A stretch of DNA of 64,000 bases, taken from the NCBI GenBank assembly GCA_036785375.1, contig JAWMAR010000035.1, forward strand, positions 186,001 through 250,000, written 5' to 3'. Position 1 is the stretch's first letter; each line of letters opens with the position of its first letter. Both the position numbers and the translations under genes were made by a program. Shown here piece by piece: positions 49,701-62,908 of the stretch. The DNA comes from Leucoraja ocellata. Taxonomy: Eukaryota. The notes under the pieces are model-generated. The model was not told the DNA's origin. It saw only the letters and a list, made by a program, of their open reading frames with translations, and made no database searches.

Positions 49701-50311
49701 GCAATGCTGGCAAAACGACAGCGTTGATCTATTTTTAAATGTGGAACGATATTTATAACCAAAGTTAAAACACATAAATATAAGGGTGAGGAAAGAGAAG
49801 GGCAGGCAGGGAGGGATACTGGCAAGAGGAGAAACATTGGGAGGCAGGAGGAGGGAGAACCTTCTCCAAGAGGTTGTACCATTGACCGTAACTGCTGCTA
49901 GATATTCTTTGGGCCAGCAGTTCAGCACCATTTTGCTAGTCAGCTCCTTGTGGCCTAAGTGCTCTCTGCACTCACTGATAGCAGCGTAGTAGCATTCATG
50001 TCCTTCACATCATGGCAACATCGGAGCCCAGAAAAATAAAACAATTTAGCCACACACCGAGCTAGGATGCAGAGGAGTAGGCAAATAAAACCATCACTTA
50101 CTCTGAATGGAACTCATCCTTCCTTTCATTCCCAGTTTCTAAGCACGAGGGAAGACGGGAGAGAAAGGAGCCTTGCTGATTAAAACAAAAAAAAATCCTC
50201 CCACACAATCTTGCAGCCCACTGCAAACAGCCCAGAAGGTTGCTGACGTCACCGATTCATGAATGGATGTAAATTGGCCTGTTTTAGAATTCGGCACAGG
50301 TCTGTGAGCTG

Positions 50312-50520
50312 TGAGGGGAGGGAGGGGAGAGGGCGGGTGCAAGCCAATGGGGATGTGTGTAGCTGCAGGCCAGCTCCTCCAGAATAAAAGCAGTGGACGC
50401 GTTTACTGAGTAAGCTGTGCAGCACGTTGCGCTTGGGCTGAATCGGGATCTTTAATTCCGCTTCATCAGGAGCAGCTCCCTCTGTTTCCAAGCTTGTCGG
50501 TACCCTGGGTGCCAGGTGCC
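50312..50520 (+). promoter_or_regulatory. Candidate plus-strand core promoter
   Basis: Purine tract, GC box GGGCGGG (50331), AGCCAAT (50342-50348) and TATA-like AATAAAAG (50383), in canonical order and spacing, followed by CpG-enriched unique sequence. No downstream gene identified. Confidence 0.5.
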
Positions 50521-50679
50521 GGCACTACATGACCTTTGGACAGTGCGTCTCACGGAACACAGGCTGAGGGTTGTGGTACCGACAGACAGAACCCTGGAAA
50601 TACGATGGATTATTTTTTTAATCAGCTGGGCAACTTAAGTACACTCCAACCAGCTTCCAACATTATAGAGTCAAACAGC

Positions 50680-51045
50680 ATGTTCCCTCTTAAACAGCAT
50701 GGTTTACAGACCCTTCTGCCCACAGTCTATATTGACCATCAAGAAACCCATTTACACCCACCCTGCACTAATCCCATTTTATTGTCGCCAAAGCACCATC
50801 GACTCCCATCCCCCCACAGATTTTACCAATCACCTACACACTAGAGTAAACATACAGTGGCCAATTAACCCATCAACTCGCACGCATATTTTTGGGATGT
50901 GGGAAGTAACTGGAGCAACCAGAGGAAACCCATGCATCACAAAGAACATGCAAATTCCACCCCAACATGGTCTGTGGTCAGGATTGAACCCTGGATCTCT
51001 GGGATTATGACAGCAGCTCTTCTGGCTGTGCTACTGTGCCTCTCT
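50680..51045 (-). mobile_element. Old HE1/V-type SINE
   Basis: tttgggatgtgggaagtaactggagc...gaggaaacccatgcatcacaaagaacatgcaaattccac...caggattgaaccctgg. Confidence 0.8.
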
Positions 51046-51098
51046 GAATGTTATTCACTAACGGTGGTGGCTCAGGTGGTCGGCAAACAAGATGATTA

Positions 51099-51230
51099 GA
51101 ACCCGTCTGAAGAAGGGTTTCGGCCCGAAACGTTGCCTATTTCCTTCGCTCCATAGATGCTGCTGCACCCGCTGAGATTCTCCAGCTTTTTTGTGTACCT
51201 TCGATTCTCCAGCATCTGCAGTTCCTTCTT
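51099..51230 (+). mobile_element. Solo Penelope terminal repeat with hammerhead-like core
   Basis: gtctgaagaagggtttcggcccgaaacgttgcc...cagcatctgcagttccttctt, flanked by AAACAAGATGATTA at 51085-51098 and 51231-51244. Confidence 0.9.
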
Positions 51231-51747
51231 AAACAAGATGATTAAAACATTTGGATGTTCTCCAAAATATACACAGATCTCACCTGAATTCTGAGCAGCG
51301 ATCCGGATCATCATTGCAGGTGGGAAGACCCTAATTGAGGTCAGCACGGGGCGAGCGCGCCTACTTCCTTTCTGCTTTGCGGCATGTGGTTCGTGCTATT
51401 CCTTTACCGCGTTTGTGGTCGCAGTAACCTCAAATGTTTGCTGTCACTATGACCTTTGTGCTAACGGTTTTACACAAATAGAAGAGCACACTCCAAAGGT
51501 TATAGTTTGTGTGCGCTGTTTTGTTACTGATCATCCCACACAGCATAAAAAAAGGAGAGCAACGTGACGAAATGTCCATGACTTTATGAGCAATTTCTCA
51601 TTCTTCTTCCTGCATAATTTGCAGCCCTCCACACCTGGATCCACCAGCTAACAATCTCCACACCCCTCCCAATCTCTTCACCTGGATCCACCAGCTCTTG
51701 CTCCACCCTCCCCGTCACCTATTTATACTGGCCATCTCCCCGCCTGA

Positions 51748-53590
51748 GGGTCAAGGTTCAAGAGAGTTTATTGTCATGTGTCCCAGATAGGACAATTAAA
51801 TACTTGCTTTGCTTCAGCACAACAGAATATGGTAGACATAAATAAATACAGAACAGAACAGATCAGTGTGACCATATACCAATGAATATATATACACACA
51901 CACACATATATAAATAACAGATAAAGTGCAATGAGCTATTTAACGATCAGAGTTTTGTTTGAGTTGAGTTTAATAGCCTGATGGCTGTGGGGAAGCAGCT
52001 ATTCCTGAACCTGGATGTTGCAGATTTCAGGCTCCTGTACCTTCTACCTGAAGGCAGCAGGGAGATGAGTGAGTGGCCAGGATGTTGTGGATCCTTGATG
52101 ATGCTGGCAGCCTTTTTGAGGCAACGACTGCGATAAATCCTCTCGATGGTAAGGAGGTCAGAGCCGATGATGGACTGGGCAGTGTTTACAACTTTTTGCA
52201 GTCTTTTAAGCTCCTGGGTGCTCAAATTGCCGAACCAAGCCACGATGCAACCGGTCAGCATGCTCTCTACTGTGCACCTGTAGAAGTTCGAGAGAATCCT
52301 CCTTGACATACCGACTCTCCGTAATCTTCTCAGGAAGTAGAGGTGCTGATGTGTTTTATAATTGCATCCGTGTTCTCGGACCAGGAGAGATCTTCAGAGA
52401 TGTGCAGGCCCAGGAATTTGAAGCCCTCTCCACCATCGACCCGTTGATATAAATGGGACTATGGGTCCCCATCTTACCCCTTCCAAAGTCCACAATCAGT
52501 TCCTTGGTTTTGCTGGTGTTGAGGGCCAGGTTATTGTGCTGGCACCATTTGGTCAAACGGTCGATCTCACTTCTATACTCTGACTCATCTCCATCAGTGA
52601 TACGTCCCACAACAGTGGTGTCGTCAGCGAACTTGATGATGGAGTTCGCACTGTGACTGGCTACGCAGTCATGGGTATAGAGTGGGTACAGCAGGGGGCT
52701 GAGCACGCAGCCTTGAAGTGCTCCCGTGCTGTCTGTTTTCGAGGCTTACACATTTCCACCAATACGAACAGACTGTGGTCTGTGAATGAGGAAGTCGAGG
52801 ATCCAATTGCAGAGGGATGCGCAGAGACCCAGTTCTGAGAGTTGGGTAACCAGCTTAGCGGGGTTGATTGTTAAAGGCCGAGCTGTAGTCAATGAATAAC
52901 AGCCTGACATGGGTTTTTGTTGTCCAAGTGGTCCAGAGCGGAGTGGAGGGCCAGTGAGATCGCATCCACTGTTGATCTGTTGTGGCTGTAAGCGAACTGC
53001 AGTGGGTCCAGGTTTTTCTCGAGATACGAGTTGATTTGCGCCATGATCAACCTCGCAAAGCACTTCATCACCACCGACGTTAGTGCCCCTGGTCGATAGT
53101 CGTTGAGGCACATCACCTTGCTCTTCTTGGGCACCGGTATTATTGATGCCCTTTTAAAGCAGGTGGAAACCTCAGACCTCAGGTTGAAAATGTACGTAAA
53201 AACTCCAGCCAGTTGGTCCGCACAGGTTTTTAGAACACGACCGGGTATACCATCTGGTCCCGGCGCTTTCCGGGGGTTCACCCCTCTGAAGGATTTTCTG
53301 AAGTCGACTTCTGTGACCGTGACCGAAATACCATCACAGTGAATGGGGGCTCGAGATGGCACATCAGTGTTCTCCCTATCAAAGCATGCGTAAAACGTCA
53401 GGGAGTGAAGTTTCACTGACATGTGTGCTGCCTCCTGATTTTGCCTTGTAGGAGGTGATTGCATTCAGGCCCTGCCACAGCTGCCGAACATCCGTCTCAT
53501 CCTCCAGCTTGGAGCAGAAGTCCCTTTTGGCCTTTTTAATGGCCTTACTAAGGTCATATCTTGTCTTCTGTTAGTCCTGGTCCTGACACA
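51748..53590 (-). mobile_element. Rex1/Babar LINE, RT to 3' end, frameshifted
   Basis: [42 protein letters not shown] and NSCFPTAIRLLN, then a tail with gacaataaac. Confidence 0.93.
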
Positions 53591-53779
53591 AAACCATGGC
53601 TGTCCATTTCCAGCACAGATGCTGCCTGGCCTGCATAGTTCTTCCAACAGTTTGCTATTCCCCCCCTTTCTGCACTAGTGACAGATATGTCCTAAGTGTA
53701 TTTGAATTATTTATTATCCATTTCCCATAATTTATGTTTTTAGGAGTTTTGGCGGCCTCTACTTCTTTTCTTGTCATTA

Positions 53780-54245
53780 TTGTCCAACACATCCCAGTCT
53801 ATCATAGCTGTCCTAATCATCAAAAGCATCTACATGAAGCGCTGCCTCATGGCAGGGCAACATCTATCATCAAGTATCCACACCATCCGGGTCATATCCT
53901 CTTCTCACTTCCACTGGTAGCAGGAGGTATAAAAGCAGAAATTTCAGGAACAGCTACTTTCCTACAACTATCAGGTTCTTGAACCGAACTGCAAAACTAT
54001 AATCCTCTCTTGGTAACGGACTACAAGCCATCTCTTGAACTACCATGGACTTCTTTTTCTAATTGTTTTTTGAACTAATGCCTTGTTTTTTGTACAGTCC
54101 TTTTTTCTGTCTGACATAAATTCGGCGCAATTTATGTAATTTTGAGGGTTTTTTTGTATTGCCTGTGATGCTGCTGCACTGAAGAATTCCATTATCTTGT
54201 ACCTCACCATACAGAGCCTGTGTCAATAAACTTGATTTGACCTAA
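53780..54245 (+). mobile_element. Old Rex1/Babar 3' fragment
   Basis: SIIKYPHHPGHILFSLP, tttcaggaacagctactttcc, and a tail gtcaataaacttgatttga. Confidence 0.7.
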
Positions 54246-56429
54246 CTTTCAAGCACATTTTGATCTGGCAATGTCTTGCACTGCACAGGAGCCTTTCTCA
54301 ATCACTGATCAAAACAAAAGGTACTGCCTTCTCTTGTAACGTTCACAGTCCTAGGTCAGAAAACGTAATCCCATATTAACATTTTGGCCATTGAGCTGCG
54401 AACCTGGGTGCAGCACCTGTTGTGTGGACTATTGTTAACCTTCTATATAGACCATTTCTCCTCCCGGAACAAAGGCCTGCCTTTAAAATGAAAACTTTAA
54501 AGAGCGGTTCCTTATGATTTTCTGAATATCTGATCCTAACCTCAGCCCAGGAACAAAAGTCAGATACATTTTCAAGGTATGTTATTGAAAATCAAGAGAT
54601 ATTGAGCTTTTATCATAGCATATAAATGGTTCAACACAGCTCTTTTCAATAACAGGATGTCAAAGTACGTACCCTAGGATGGATCTTGGATTCTGCTGGA
54701 GTTCTAGGAAGTTATACTTCAAGAGGAGTTACAATCACATAAGCAAGAGTGTTTCACTTCACTTGCACTTTATGTGCATTGTGACGAATAAAACCGTATT
54801 GTATTGTATTGTATTGTATTATTCTAAATATTTCAGCAAGGAACTCCTTACGGCTGGTGCTACCACCTCTCTTTGTGAGCTATAATCTTGCATAAGACTG
54901 CACTTGGAGGACTCGGTACAGTTTTGGTCTACAAAGAGTAGTCTAATGAGGAAAGACTGAGCAGGATCCTATAGTCATTGAACCTCAGTAGAATGAGTGG
55001 AATTTTACTGAAACCTGAAGGCTTCAGATGCTACACATGAAGGAAGGTGTTGGGAGACAGCATGGCAGCAAAATGCAGTAAAGGTCATAGCTATGACCTA
55101 TTCCTACCTGAATGTACTTAAGCACTTTTCATAGTCATTGCAGATTCGATTTGATGACTGCCTTGCTTAGTCAGTTTGACCTCCTCAACCATGCACTTAC
55201 CTCTCGCATTGGACTTGTTTCTGGAACTGAGAACGTTGCAATATATTGACTTGACTCACTGCTGTTCTGTGATTGATGAAGAGTGGTAGAAGCTGTATTA
55301 AAGGCACGATCAGAGTCAAACATTTTGGTATAAACAGGATGTGATTATTTCATCTTTAGAGCATTTCTGAAAATTTCTGATATGAAGTACAATTCTGCCT
55401 ATTCAGACTATAAATTTGGACTAATTAATTGAAGGCTCATTGCCGAGTCTTGTACTTGCTTCAGTACTCTGTTGACTTTAACTCGGTCAGTGGAAATTGT
55501 TTTCTTGCCTTCTGTTTCAATGGTTGCCTCTTAACTCTCCCTCCGGGTTATGCTGTGTCATTTGCATACAAAGACATTAGAATCATCTTTGTCAGAAGTG
55601 GAGAGTGGAGTTGTGTCTGAAAGTTGTAAAATTGTGGAGTTGTAAACATGAAATCAACAAATTCACGGTATTGTGAAGCTAGAGGAGTCTCGGAAAATGT
55701 GAGTCTTCAATGCTTTTAACATATGGAGATCTCGCTGCTGCTCATTGAAAGTAGAATGTCATGGAGGTTAATAACCTTTGATGTTTTTAGGTTGCACAAA
55801 ATCCGCAAACAATTGTGAAATGAACTGCAGTTCGTTGTTGGTGATTAATTATGCTGGCTATCCATGAGTACCTTAACTCTTCAATAGTACGTTTACAGTT
55901 GTACAAGTACCTACATGACCAACTTCATTCCTTCTTGGATGTGCATCGATCGATAACAGGTCAACGGACCCCTTGGAATGGATGACCATTTCAAAAGGTT
56001 TAAGGTGGCCTTGCACTGTATTGCTGGTTAACTGCACATTTGGAGACAATTTATTCTCACTCCTTATTAATGTTTGCTCAATACACAAAACTCTTGCTAA
56101 AGGCCTTTGTGTTGTGTACACAAATGTCATTGGTATATAACTCACCTACAATCTTTTTTTGGGAATATTGAGCAAGTGGTAAGGATGGTAACCATGTTTA
56201 ATGAAGGATATTGAAGGTTTAATTGGGGAACAGAAGGAAGCATATGTTAGGTATTGGGAAATTGCTATTACGCGAGTTACTTGAGGTTTTAGAGGATAGA
56301 GGAGAAAATTTAAAAAATAAATTACAGGGGCAAAAAGGGGCCCTGAAATTACTGCTGGCTTCATGATTAAGGAGAATCCCAAAACTTTTAAACTACATTA
56401 GAAGCAAGAAGGTAATTATATGCTGCCTA

Positions 56430-59390
56430 CAATAATTATAGGCAGCATGGAGTAAATGAGGTGCTTGAGGAGTATAAAGAATGTAAAAAGAATCTTAAGA
56501 AATAAATTAGAAAAGCTAAAAGAGGATATGAGGTTGCTTTGGAAAGTAAGGTGAAAGTAAATCCAAAGGGTTTCTACAGCTATATTAATAGCAAAAGGAC
56601 AATGAGGAATAAAATTGGTCCATTAGAGAGTCAGAGTGGACAGCTATCTGCAGAGCCAAAATAGATGGGGGAGATATTGAACAATTTATTTTCCTCGGTA
56701 TTCACCAAGGAGAAGGATATTGAATTATGTGAGGTAAGGGAAACAAGTAGAGTAGCTATGGAAACTATGAGATTCAAAGAAGAGGAAGTACTGACACTTT
56801 TGAAAAATATAAAAGTGGATAAGTCTCCAGGTCCTCACAGGATATTCCCTAGGACATTGAGGGAAGTTAGTGTAGAAATAGCAGGGGCTATGTCAGAAAT
56901 ATTTCAATTGTCATTAGAAACGGGAATAGTGCCGGAGGATTGGCATACTGCGCATGTTGTTCCATTGTTTAAAAAGGCTTCTAAGAGTAAACCTAGCAAT
57001 TATAGACCTGTTAGTTTGACGTCAGTGGTGGGCAAATTAATGGAAAGGATACTTAGAGATAATATATATAAGCATCTGGATAAACAGGGTCTGATTAAGA
57101 ACAGTCAACATGGATTTGTGCCTAGAAGGTCATGTTTGACTAATCTTCTTGAATTTCTTGAGGAGGTTACTCGGGAAATTGATGAGGGTAAAGCAGTGGA
57201 TGTTGTCTATATGGACTTCAGTAAGGCCTTTGACAAGGTTCCTCATGGAAGGTTGGTTAAGAAGGTTCAATTGTTGGGTATTAATGATGGAGTAGCAAGA
57301 TGGATTCAACAGTGGCTGAATGGGAGATGCCAGAGAGTAATGGTGGATGGCTGTTTGTCAGGTTGGAGGCCGGTGACGAGTGGGGTGCCACAGGGATCTA
57401 TGTTGGGTCCACTGTTGTTTGTCATGTACATCAATGATCTGGATGATGGTGTGGTAAATTGGATTAGTAAGTATGCAGATGATACTAAGATAGGTGGTGT
57501 TGTGGATAATGAAGTAGATTTTCAAAGTCTACAGAGAGATTTAGGCCATTTGGAAGCGTGGGCTGAAAAATGGCAGATGGAGTTTAATGCTGATAAGTGT
57601 GAGGTGCTACATCTTGGCAAGACAAATCAAAATAGGACGTGAATGGTAGTGAGTTGAGGAATGCAGTTGAACAGAGGGATCTAGGAATAACTGTGCACAG
57701 TTCCCTGAAGGTGGAATCTCATGTAGATAGGGTGGTAAAGAAAGCTTTTGGTGTGCTGGCCTTTATAAATCAGAGCATTGAGTATAGAAGTTATGATGTA
57801 ATGTTAAAATTGTACAAGGCATTGGTGAGGCCAATTCTGGAATATGGTGTACAATTTTGGTCGCCTAATTATAGGAAGCATGTCAACAAAATAGAGAGAG
57901 TACAGAGGAGATTTACTAGAATGTTGCCTGGGTTTCAGCAACTAAGTTCATCTGGATAAACATCTGGAGGAGGAGCCATCTTGGGGAACGGCTGCAAACC
58001 AGCAGCCGTCCGTTTAATTCTTATTTTTTGAAGTTTTTAGTAAGTCTTGTGCTTCGTCTGTTGGAGAAATTGACTTTTTAATGTGGGTTGAACGGGGTAA
58101 TTATACTTCTAGGTCCCTACCTGGTCGGTGAGGCAGCTTTTTCTCCGGGCTGCCCCGTCGACCCGTCCTCGTGGTCTACCAGCTGGCGCAGAGCGCCGTT
58201 TCCTGGCGGGGACCGCCCAGCACCTCGGCTTCGGTGGCGGCACAGCGCTGGAGCGCTATAGCGGAGCGCAGCGGGCGATGCCTTGCCTGGGTCGCCGCGC
58301 TGGATCAACGTGCTGGAGCTCCGGTGAGCTGTGACCGACGAGATCAACACCTCCGGGCTGCGGGTCTGCGGAGCGGGCGGCGCCGACTCTAACATCGAGA
58401 GCCTGGGAGCTCCAACCCGGCACGGCCCTGTCGGCTTCGGAAGCCATGGTCCCCAGCTAGGAAGCGGCCGTTCCAGGTGGCCCAGCCGCTGTGAGGACTC
58501 TCCCGACGCCGGGGCAACACCACCCGGCCAGAACGGCCAGGAACATCGGGCCTCCGTAGAGGTAATTGCGGTGGCCTCAATAGGCCTGACTTTGGGTGAA
58601 CTGGGGATGGGGACTGGATGTTGTGCCTTCCCCCACAGTGGTATCCACTGTGGGGGGGATGATTTTTCTGTGTGTAAGTTAACATGTTAGGCTGTGTCCA
58701 AGATGGCTGTCGGAAGGGACAGTGGACGCTGGCGCGCTTTAGCTGCCGCTGCTCTCTCTTCACATTGTGTTTTTTGATTTTTTGTCTTTGGAGCGATTTC
58801 TGTCTTTAATTTGTGTATTGGTGATGTCCTTATTATTTATTTTACTCCGACTGTATGTTTTTTTATCTTCTGTTAATTTCTGTAAGGTGTCCTTGAGACT
58901 TTGAAAGGCGCCGAAAATAAAATTTATTATTATTATTATTATTAAGTTACAGAGAAAGGTTGAACAAGTTAGGTCTTTATTCTTTGGAGCGCAGAAGGTT
59001 AAGGGGGGACTTGATAGAGGTCTTTAAAATGATGAGAGGGATAGACAGAGTTGACGTGGATAAGCTTTCCCATTGAGAGTAGGGAAGATTCAAACAAGAG
59101 GACATGACTTAAGAATTAAGGGACAGAAGTTTAGGGGTAACATGAGGAGGAACTTCTTTACTCAGAGAGTGGTAGCTGTGTGGAATGAGCTTCCAGTGGA
59201 AGTGGTGGAGGCAGGTTCGATTTTATCATTTAAAAATAAATTGGATAGGTATATGAACGGGAAAGGAATGGAGGGTTATGGTCTGAGTGTAGGTAGATGG
59301 GACTAGGGGAGAATAAGTGTGCGGCACGGACTAGAAGGGCCAAGATGGCCTGTTTCCGTGCTGTAATTGTTATATGGTTATATGGTAACT
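56430..59390 (+). mobile_element. Young CR1 LINE (RT largely intact), interrupted by a ~1-kb insertion and itself nested in an older CR1 (about 56150-56420 and 59390-60095)
   Basis: 325-aa ORF with KSPGP, NYRPVSLTS, QHGF, DFSKAFDKVPH, GVPQGS and YADDTK. Continues at 57639-57948 and 58943-59388 with a (gttatatg)n tail. Confidence 0.95.
57949..58942 (+). mobile_element. GC-rich non-coding retroposon with L2-type tail
   Basis: TAAGTT is duplicated at 57943-57948 and 58943-58948, and removal restores the CR1 sequence seen at 20531-20560. Ends tgtaaggtgtccttgagactttgaaaggcgcc...aataaa(att)n. Confidence 0.85.
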
Positions 59391-59512
59391 ATGGAGGGAA
59401 TAGGGACCTGTGGGGTATTCTATATGTGGAGCCACGGGATATGTGTGCATACCCGAATGAATACTTCTCTTTGATATTCAGCGGGGAGAGGAATGTGGAA
59501 ACTGGAGAATTA

Positions 59513-59901
59513 TGCCCCTGTCCCACTTAGGAGACCTAAACAGCAACCTCTGATGACCTTCACCACCACCCAAGGTTTCCATGAGGTCACCAGAGGTTTT
59601 GGTCACTCTCCCTAATGGTCGAAAAGTGGTTTCCGCGTGGTCGAGGCTTCATCTAGGTTGCTGTTATTTTTTCATCATGTTTAAAACCAGCCTCGACTAA
59701 AAATAGGTTGCCTTTAAAAATCGATCATTTTTTAGTCGTAGGTCTAGTCGAAGCCGGTTTTCTTCATAGTCGAGGAAGGTTTTCAACATATGCGTGGGAG
59801 GTGGTAGGAGGTTGCAGGTCACCTCGACCTTGATTTTTTTTTGGGTGGCGGGCAAGGTCACCAGAGGTTGCTGTTTAGGTCTCCTAAGTGGGACAGGGGC
59901 T
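59513..59901. mobile_element. PIF/Harbinger-type MITE
   Basis: ~47-bp TIRs gcccctgtcccacttaggagacctaaacagcaacctctg, with TTA at 59510-59512 and 59902-59904. Confidence 0.92.
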
Positions 59902-60224
59902 TTAAGGGATAAGCTAATATTCTGTATGTTTATCAGGAAGGAGGATTTGTGTGAATAAATCTAGAGGGCAGATGGGCTCCATTTGACGAAGGCAGGAGAC
60001 TGCTGGAGCTGTGATGGAGATTTTTGCATCTTTGTTCGCAGGGAGGTGAAGTAACAGAAATCTGGAAGACAGTTAATGTTGCCCCTCGTTTCAAACGGAT
60101 CCTTTTGACTGAATACTAATTTATCTCTGGTCACAAAATCCAGAAACTCTCCAAAATACAATAGTCTGACAGATCCTTACAGAGTTAGTGTCATTTTACA
60201 CGGTACCCTTTGGGCACCAACTCC

Positions 60225-60445
60225 ATATCATTACTATACCTGTGCCCCTCATAATTTTGTCTGCCTCTTGCAGGTCTTCCCAGAGACCCCCTCAGACTCC
60301 TCCACTCCAGGGAAAACAAACCCAGCCCTTTCAGTCTCTTCTCAGGGCTGAAATGCTCCATGCTAGGCAGCATCCTGGTGAACCTCCACCCAGTGTCTCC
60401 TGTGCAATCACATCTATCTACATGTGGTGACTAGAACTACATGTA
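60225..60445 (-). mobile_element. Old CR1 3' fragment
   Basis: MLPSMEHFSPEKRLKGLGLFSLEWRSLRG. Confidence 0.75.
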
Positions 60446-61039
60446 CTACAATAAAACTCTTGGTGCCATACTGGCAAATCGACTGGACGATGAGATACTA
60501 TTCCTAATGTTACCCCAATACATTTTTAATTCACTTTTTTTTTAATGCCAAACAATAGTATAATACATTTTCCAGTGGATCTGGTGACTTTAGAGAGCAT
60601 AGATTCTCAGAGAGATTAAAGGCATCACAGGAAATGGGCCCAAATGTGTTTAAATTGGCTTATAGGAACCAGGGCTCCAGTGAAATTAAAGAACATGTGA
60701 GAATCAGAAGTCTGGTATGTTTAAGTGTGGGAAAAAGAAAGCCTGTGTGTTTAAAGGATGCACAAGAAACAGAGTCCCAGTGTGTTTGAAGGGTATGTAG
60801 GAACACAGTGGGTGAGTGAGATGCCAAGTGATGGAGATTTCTCATCAATCGGGCATGTATTTAATCAAAATGTTCCTGTAATTTGAGTGTAATGATGTAA
60901 TCACACTTTTCCCCACACCAATTTTTGGAACTCTCCACCATATCGAAAAGCTTTGGTTTCAAATACAAGATACCACTGATTGGCCCACTGCGGCTCCTGG
61001 TAATGTTCTGAAATTTACCCCTGCTAACTCTTAACTACC

Positions 61040-61300
61040 TCCGCTTGTTTTGTTTTTTGTGCGAACGTATGTGTGCATGTGTGTGTGCATGTGTGTGTGC
61101 GTTTATATGTATATAAAATCTATATATGTGTGTATTTGTGAGTATATATATACACCCTGAACTTTTTTTTCTCTCTCGTTTATTATGTTGGTTACAGTGT
61201 ACTATATTTACACATTTTCTGTTGTGCTGCCGCAAGTACACTAAGAATTTCATTGTACTATCTGGGACATATGCCAATAAAACACTTTTGACTTGACTTA
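61040..61300 (+). mobile_element. Rex1-type 3'UTR with TG/TA microsatellite
   Basis: (TG)n/(TA)n at 61068-61152, then aagaatttcattgtactatctgggacatatgccaataaaacacttttgacttgact. Confidence 0.75.
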
Positions 61301-62494
61301 ATAACACACCCAAAACACTGCAGAACTACCTAGATAGTGAGTATGCAATGCATTCCAGAGCCGAATTCCATCGGCTTTATTGCTTTGCTGCATTCCACAT
61401 TGTAGTGTTCAATACCTGCACTCGTGCTATAGGATCTATGCCTGCACTTTCTCAGCACTGTTTCAGCCCAAGAATATAATTGATCATGATTAGCGCCCCC
61501 ATTCTATCTGTGTAGGGTGTGAATGATCTGCAGCCTTATCTGCAGCTTGTGTTCTAGCCACCCCTCTCTTCCTTTTCCTGCAGAAGCAATGTTGCACTCC
61601 AGCCTCCTGGCCAATTACACTATTATATGCTGCTTTTTCTGCTGTTTGTACACTTGCAGTATCCCAATGCCTTAAATTAGCTCTCACAGTGAATGGCAAA
61701 TGCCTGGAGCCGTCTCCTTGTTTCTCTTCAGCCTCACTGCATAATGCACTTTCAAAGCTTTTTTGTTAGGAACGACTTTCAGGAAGTATTATCCACTCTT
61801 TTCCCTTGCAACCATGGAGTCTTTACATGCATTAGAATGCCCCATCCTGTTTGACTCATGCTGTTCTCATGGGTGCAAAGCCGATTTATTTATCTTTTTC
61901 ATAAACTTTTCTGATGCACGCTGCCAGTTGCAACATATCTTCAAGTGAAGAAACTGCAGATGCTGGAATCTTGAGCTTTATTATTGTCACATGTACCAAG
62001 ATACAGTTTTGCTCTGCATGCTATCCAGTCAAATCATGAGTACAATAGATCCCTTTTCTAGAACAGCAAGCAGAGAGTCACCACCTTACGGCACCATCTT
62101 GCAACTTCCAAATCTCTGAAAAGTCCGATCTTGACCTAAGGAGATATGCGATTCTTATTTTCTCACTTTAAGGCCTAGTGTCCTGGCGGCACAGATTCAA
62201 TTAAGTAAGGGCCAGCCTGGCCCAGCATGGTGTTGTTGGCTCCTCCACTGTGACTGTGCTCTATCCACCCGCTCACCCAGCAGTTGTAGGCCCCTCATGG
62301 CCAACACCAGGACCCGTGACCACAACCATGCCTTTCCATCGCCTCCAGCAGCCGACCCTCCACTACCATGCCCTGCTTACCGAAGATTTGGGCACTTTTC
62401 AAAGGTGTAGAGATATTTCTGTGAACCATTTACAGCCATAGACTTTCCGCCTTGCCTTCCAGTGCAGCCATCTTGGAAAATGCACCTTTGGATA

Positions 62495-62765
62495 AAAAAC
62501 AAGGCACTGGAAGAACACAGCCAGTCAGGCAGTGTCTATAGAGGGAATGGACAGGCGACATTTAGGGTCCACTCATCTGCCAATCACCCCCACCCCAACC
62601 TGTATTCACCTATCACTTGCCACACTTTCCCCTGCCCCCACCTCTCTTTTCTAGCCTTTTCCCACCTATTCCATCAGTCTGACCCCATCCCAAAATGTTG
62701 CCTGTTCATTCTATCCACATACATTGCCTGACCCACTGACTTCCTCCAACACTTTGTGTTTCATC
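62495..62765. repeat. Decayed inverted Penelope terminal-repeat pair
   Basis: cactggaagaacacagccagtcaggcag on one side and tgcctgacccactgacttcctccaacactttgtg on the other. Confidence 0.65.
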
Positions 62766-62908
62766 CCAAGGTGGACTTAAATACTGTTGGATTTCTGGTA
62801 CATTACTTATAATAACAGTTACAGCACGTGACTTGAATAAGGGTGTTTATTCTGACTCTAACTGCAAGGGCCTCGATACACTTGGACTGTACATTATATA
62901 TATTATGT

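Noticed and set aside
49921-49940. REST/RE1 site
   Set aside because: Only the left half TTCAGCACC is present; the GGACAG half is missing.
58100-58600. CpG island as a host promoter
   Set aside because: Lies wholly within a TSD-bounded insertion in a CR1.
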